A DNA stretch of 36,222 nucleotides. It comes from Beutenbergiaceae bacterium (GTDB lineage Bacteria > Actinomycetota > Actinomycetes > Actinomycetales > JAHECE01). Positions within the stretch are counted from its first letter, which is position 1, and every line of letters starts with the position of its first letter. Below are positions 35,891-36,222 of the stretch, piece after piece. The stretch spans positions 1-36,222 of the forward strand of contig JBDIAU010000001.1 in assembly GCA_039812565.1 (NCBI GenBank), read 5' to 3'. Both the position numbers and the translations under genes were made by a program. The notes under the pieces were generated by a model. That model searched no databases, had not been told where the DNA came from, and worked only from the letters and a program-made list of their open reading frames with translations.

Positions 35891-36222
35891 TCAGAGCGCG
35901 CAGCCGACGAGCACCGGCTCCGGCTCGAGCGTGATCCCGAAGGTGTCCCGGACGCCGTCGCGGACCTCGCGGGCGAGGCGCACGAGGTCCTGCGCCGTCG
36001 CGTCGCCCCGGTTCGTGATCGCGAGCGTGTGCTTGCCGGACAGCGCCGCGGGCCCGGGCAGGCCGTAGCCCTTGCCGAAGCCCGCCTGCTCGATGAGCCA
36101 GGCGGCGCTCGTCTTCACCCGGCCCTCGGAGACGTACCGGGGGGCGCCGGGCGGGATGCGGCCGGCGTCGGCGGTGTCGAGCATCGGGTTGGTGAAGAAG
36201 GAGCCCGCGCTCCACGTGTCGC
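35891..36222 (-). CDS. murB: UDP-N-acetylenolpyruvoylglucosamine reductase, C-terminal part (N-terminus beyond the right edge)
   Basis: Track ORF 35891..36184 stays open upstream to the window edge: ...[106 protein letters not shown]. The GSFF(K/T)NP and KxSAAWLIE motifs are MurB-like. Confidence 0.85.
   Translation of the reverse strand, partial: DTWSAGSFFTNPMLDTADAGRIPPGAPRYVSEGRVKTSAAWLIEQAGFGKGYGLPGPAALSGKHTLAITNRGDATAQDLVRLAREVRDGVRDTFGITLEPEPVLVGCAL

Overview
Very GC-rich actinobacterial chromosome segment made almost entirely of core information-processing genes. On the minus strand, read right to left: tRNA-Trp, secE, nusG, rplK-rplA, rplJ-rplL, rpoB-rpoC, then one plus-strand GPH/MFS transporter. 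After that come rpsL-rpsG-fusA-tuf, directly followed by the S10 operon (rpsJ to rpsQ), the spc operon (rplN to rplO), secY and the 5' part of adk. The right-hand 6.5 kb on the plus strand holds an AspC-like aminotransferase, an ABC-2 exporter pair, a HisKA_3 sensor kinase with a LuxR-type response regulator, and an adenosine-deaminase-family protein. A partial murB sits on the minus strand at the right edge. Many track ORFs are over-extended at the N-terminus or are antisense artefacts of high GC. I trimmed starts using homology, SD sequences and stop/start overlaps. I see no mobile element, CRISPR array, defence island or convincing new multi-gene system; this is an ordinary housekeeping region. 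The items worth a second look are at regulatory scale. (1) An identical 25-nt element sits in the 5' leaders of both the S10 and str operons. (2) A perfect 18-bp palindrome lies just upstream of the ABC/two-component operon. (3) An AGACGAC heptamer lies close to the rpsJ, rplN and rpsL start codons. (4) Promoter and hairpin architecture is visible around rplJ, rpoB and rpsL. (5) RplE carries a roughly 50-residue Lys/Ala-rich N-terminal extension. (6) Three plus-strand genes look leaderless.
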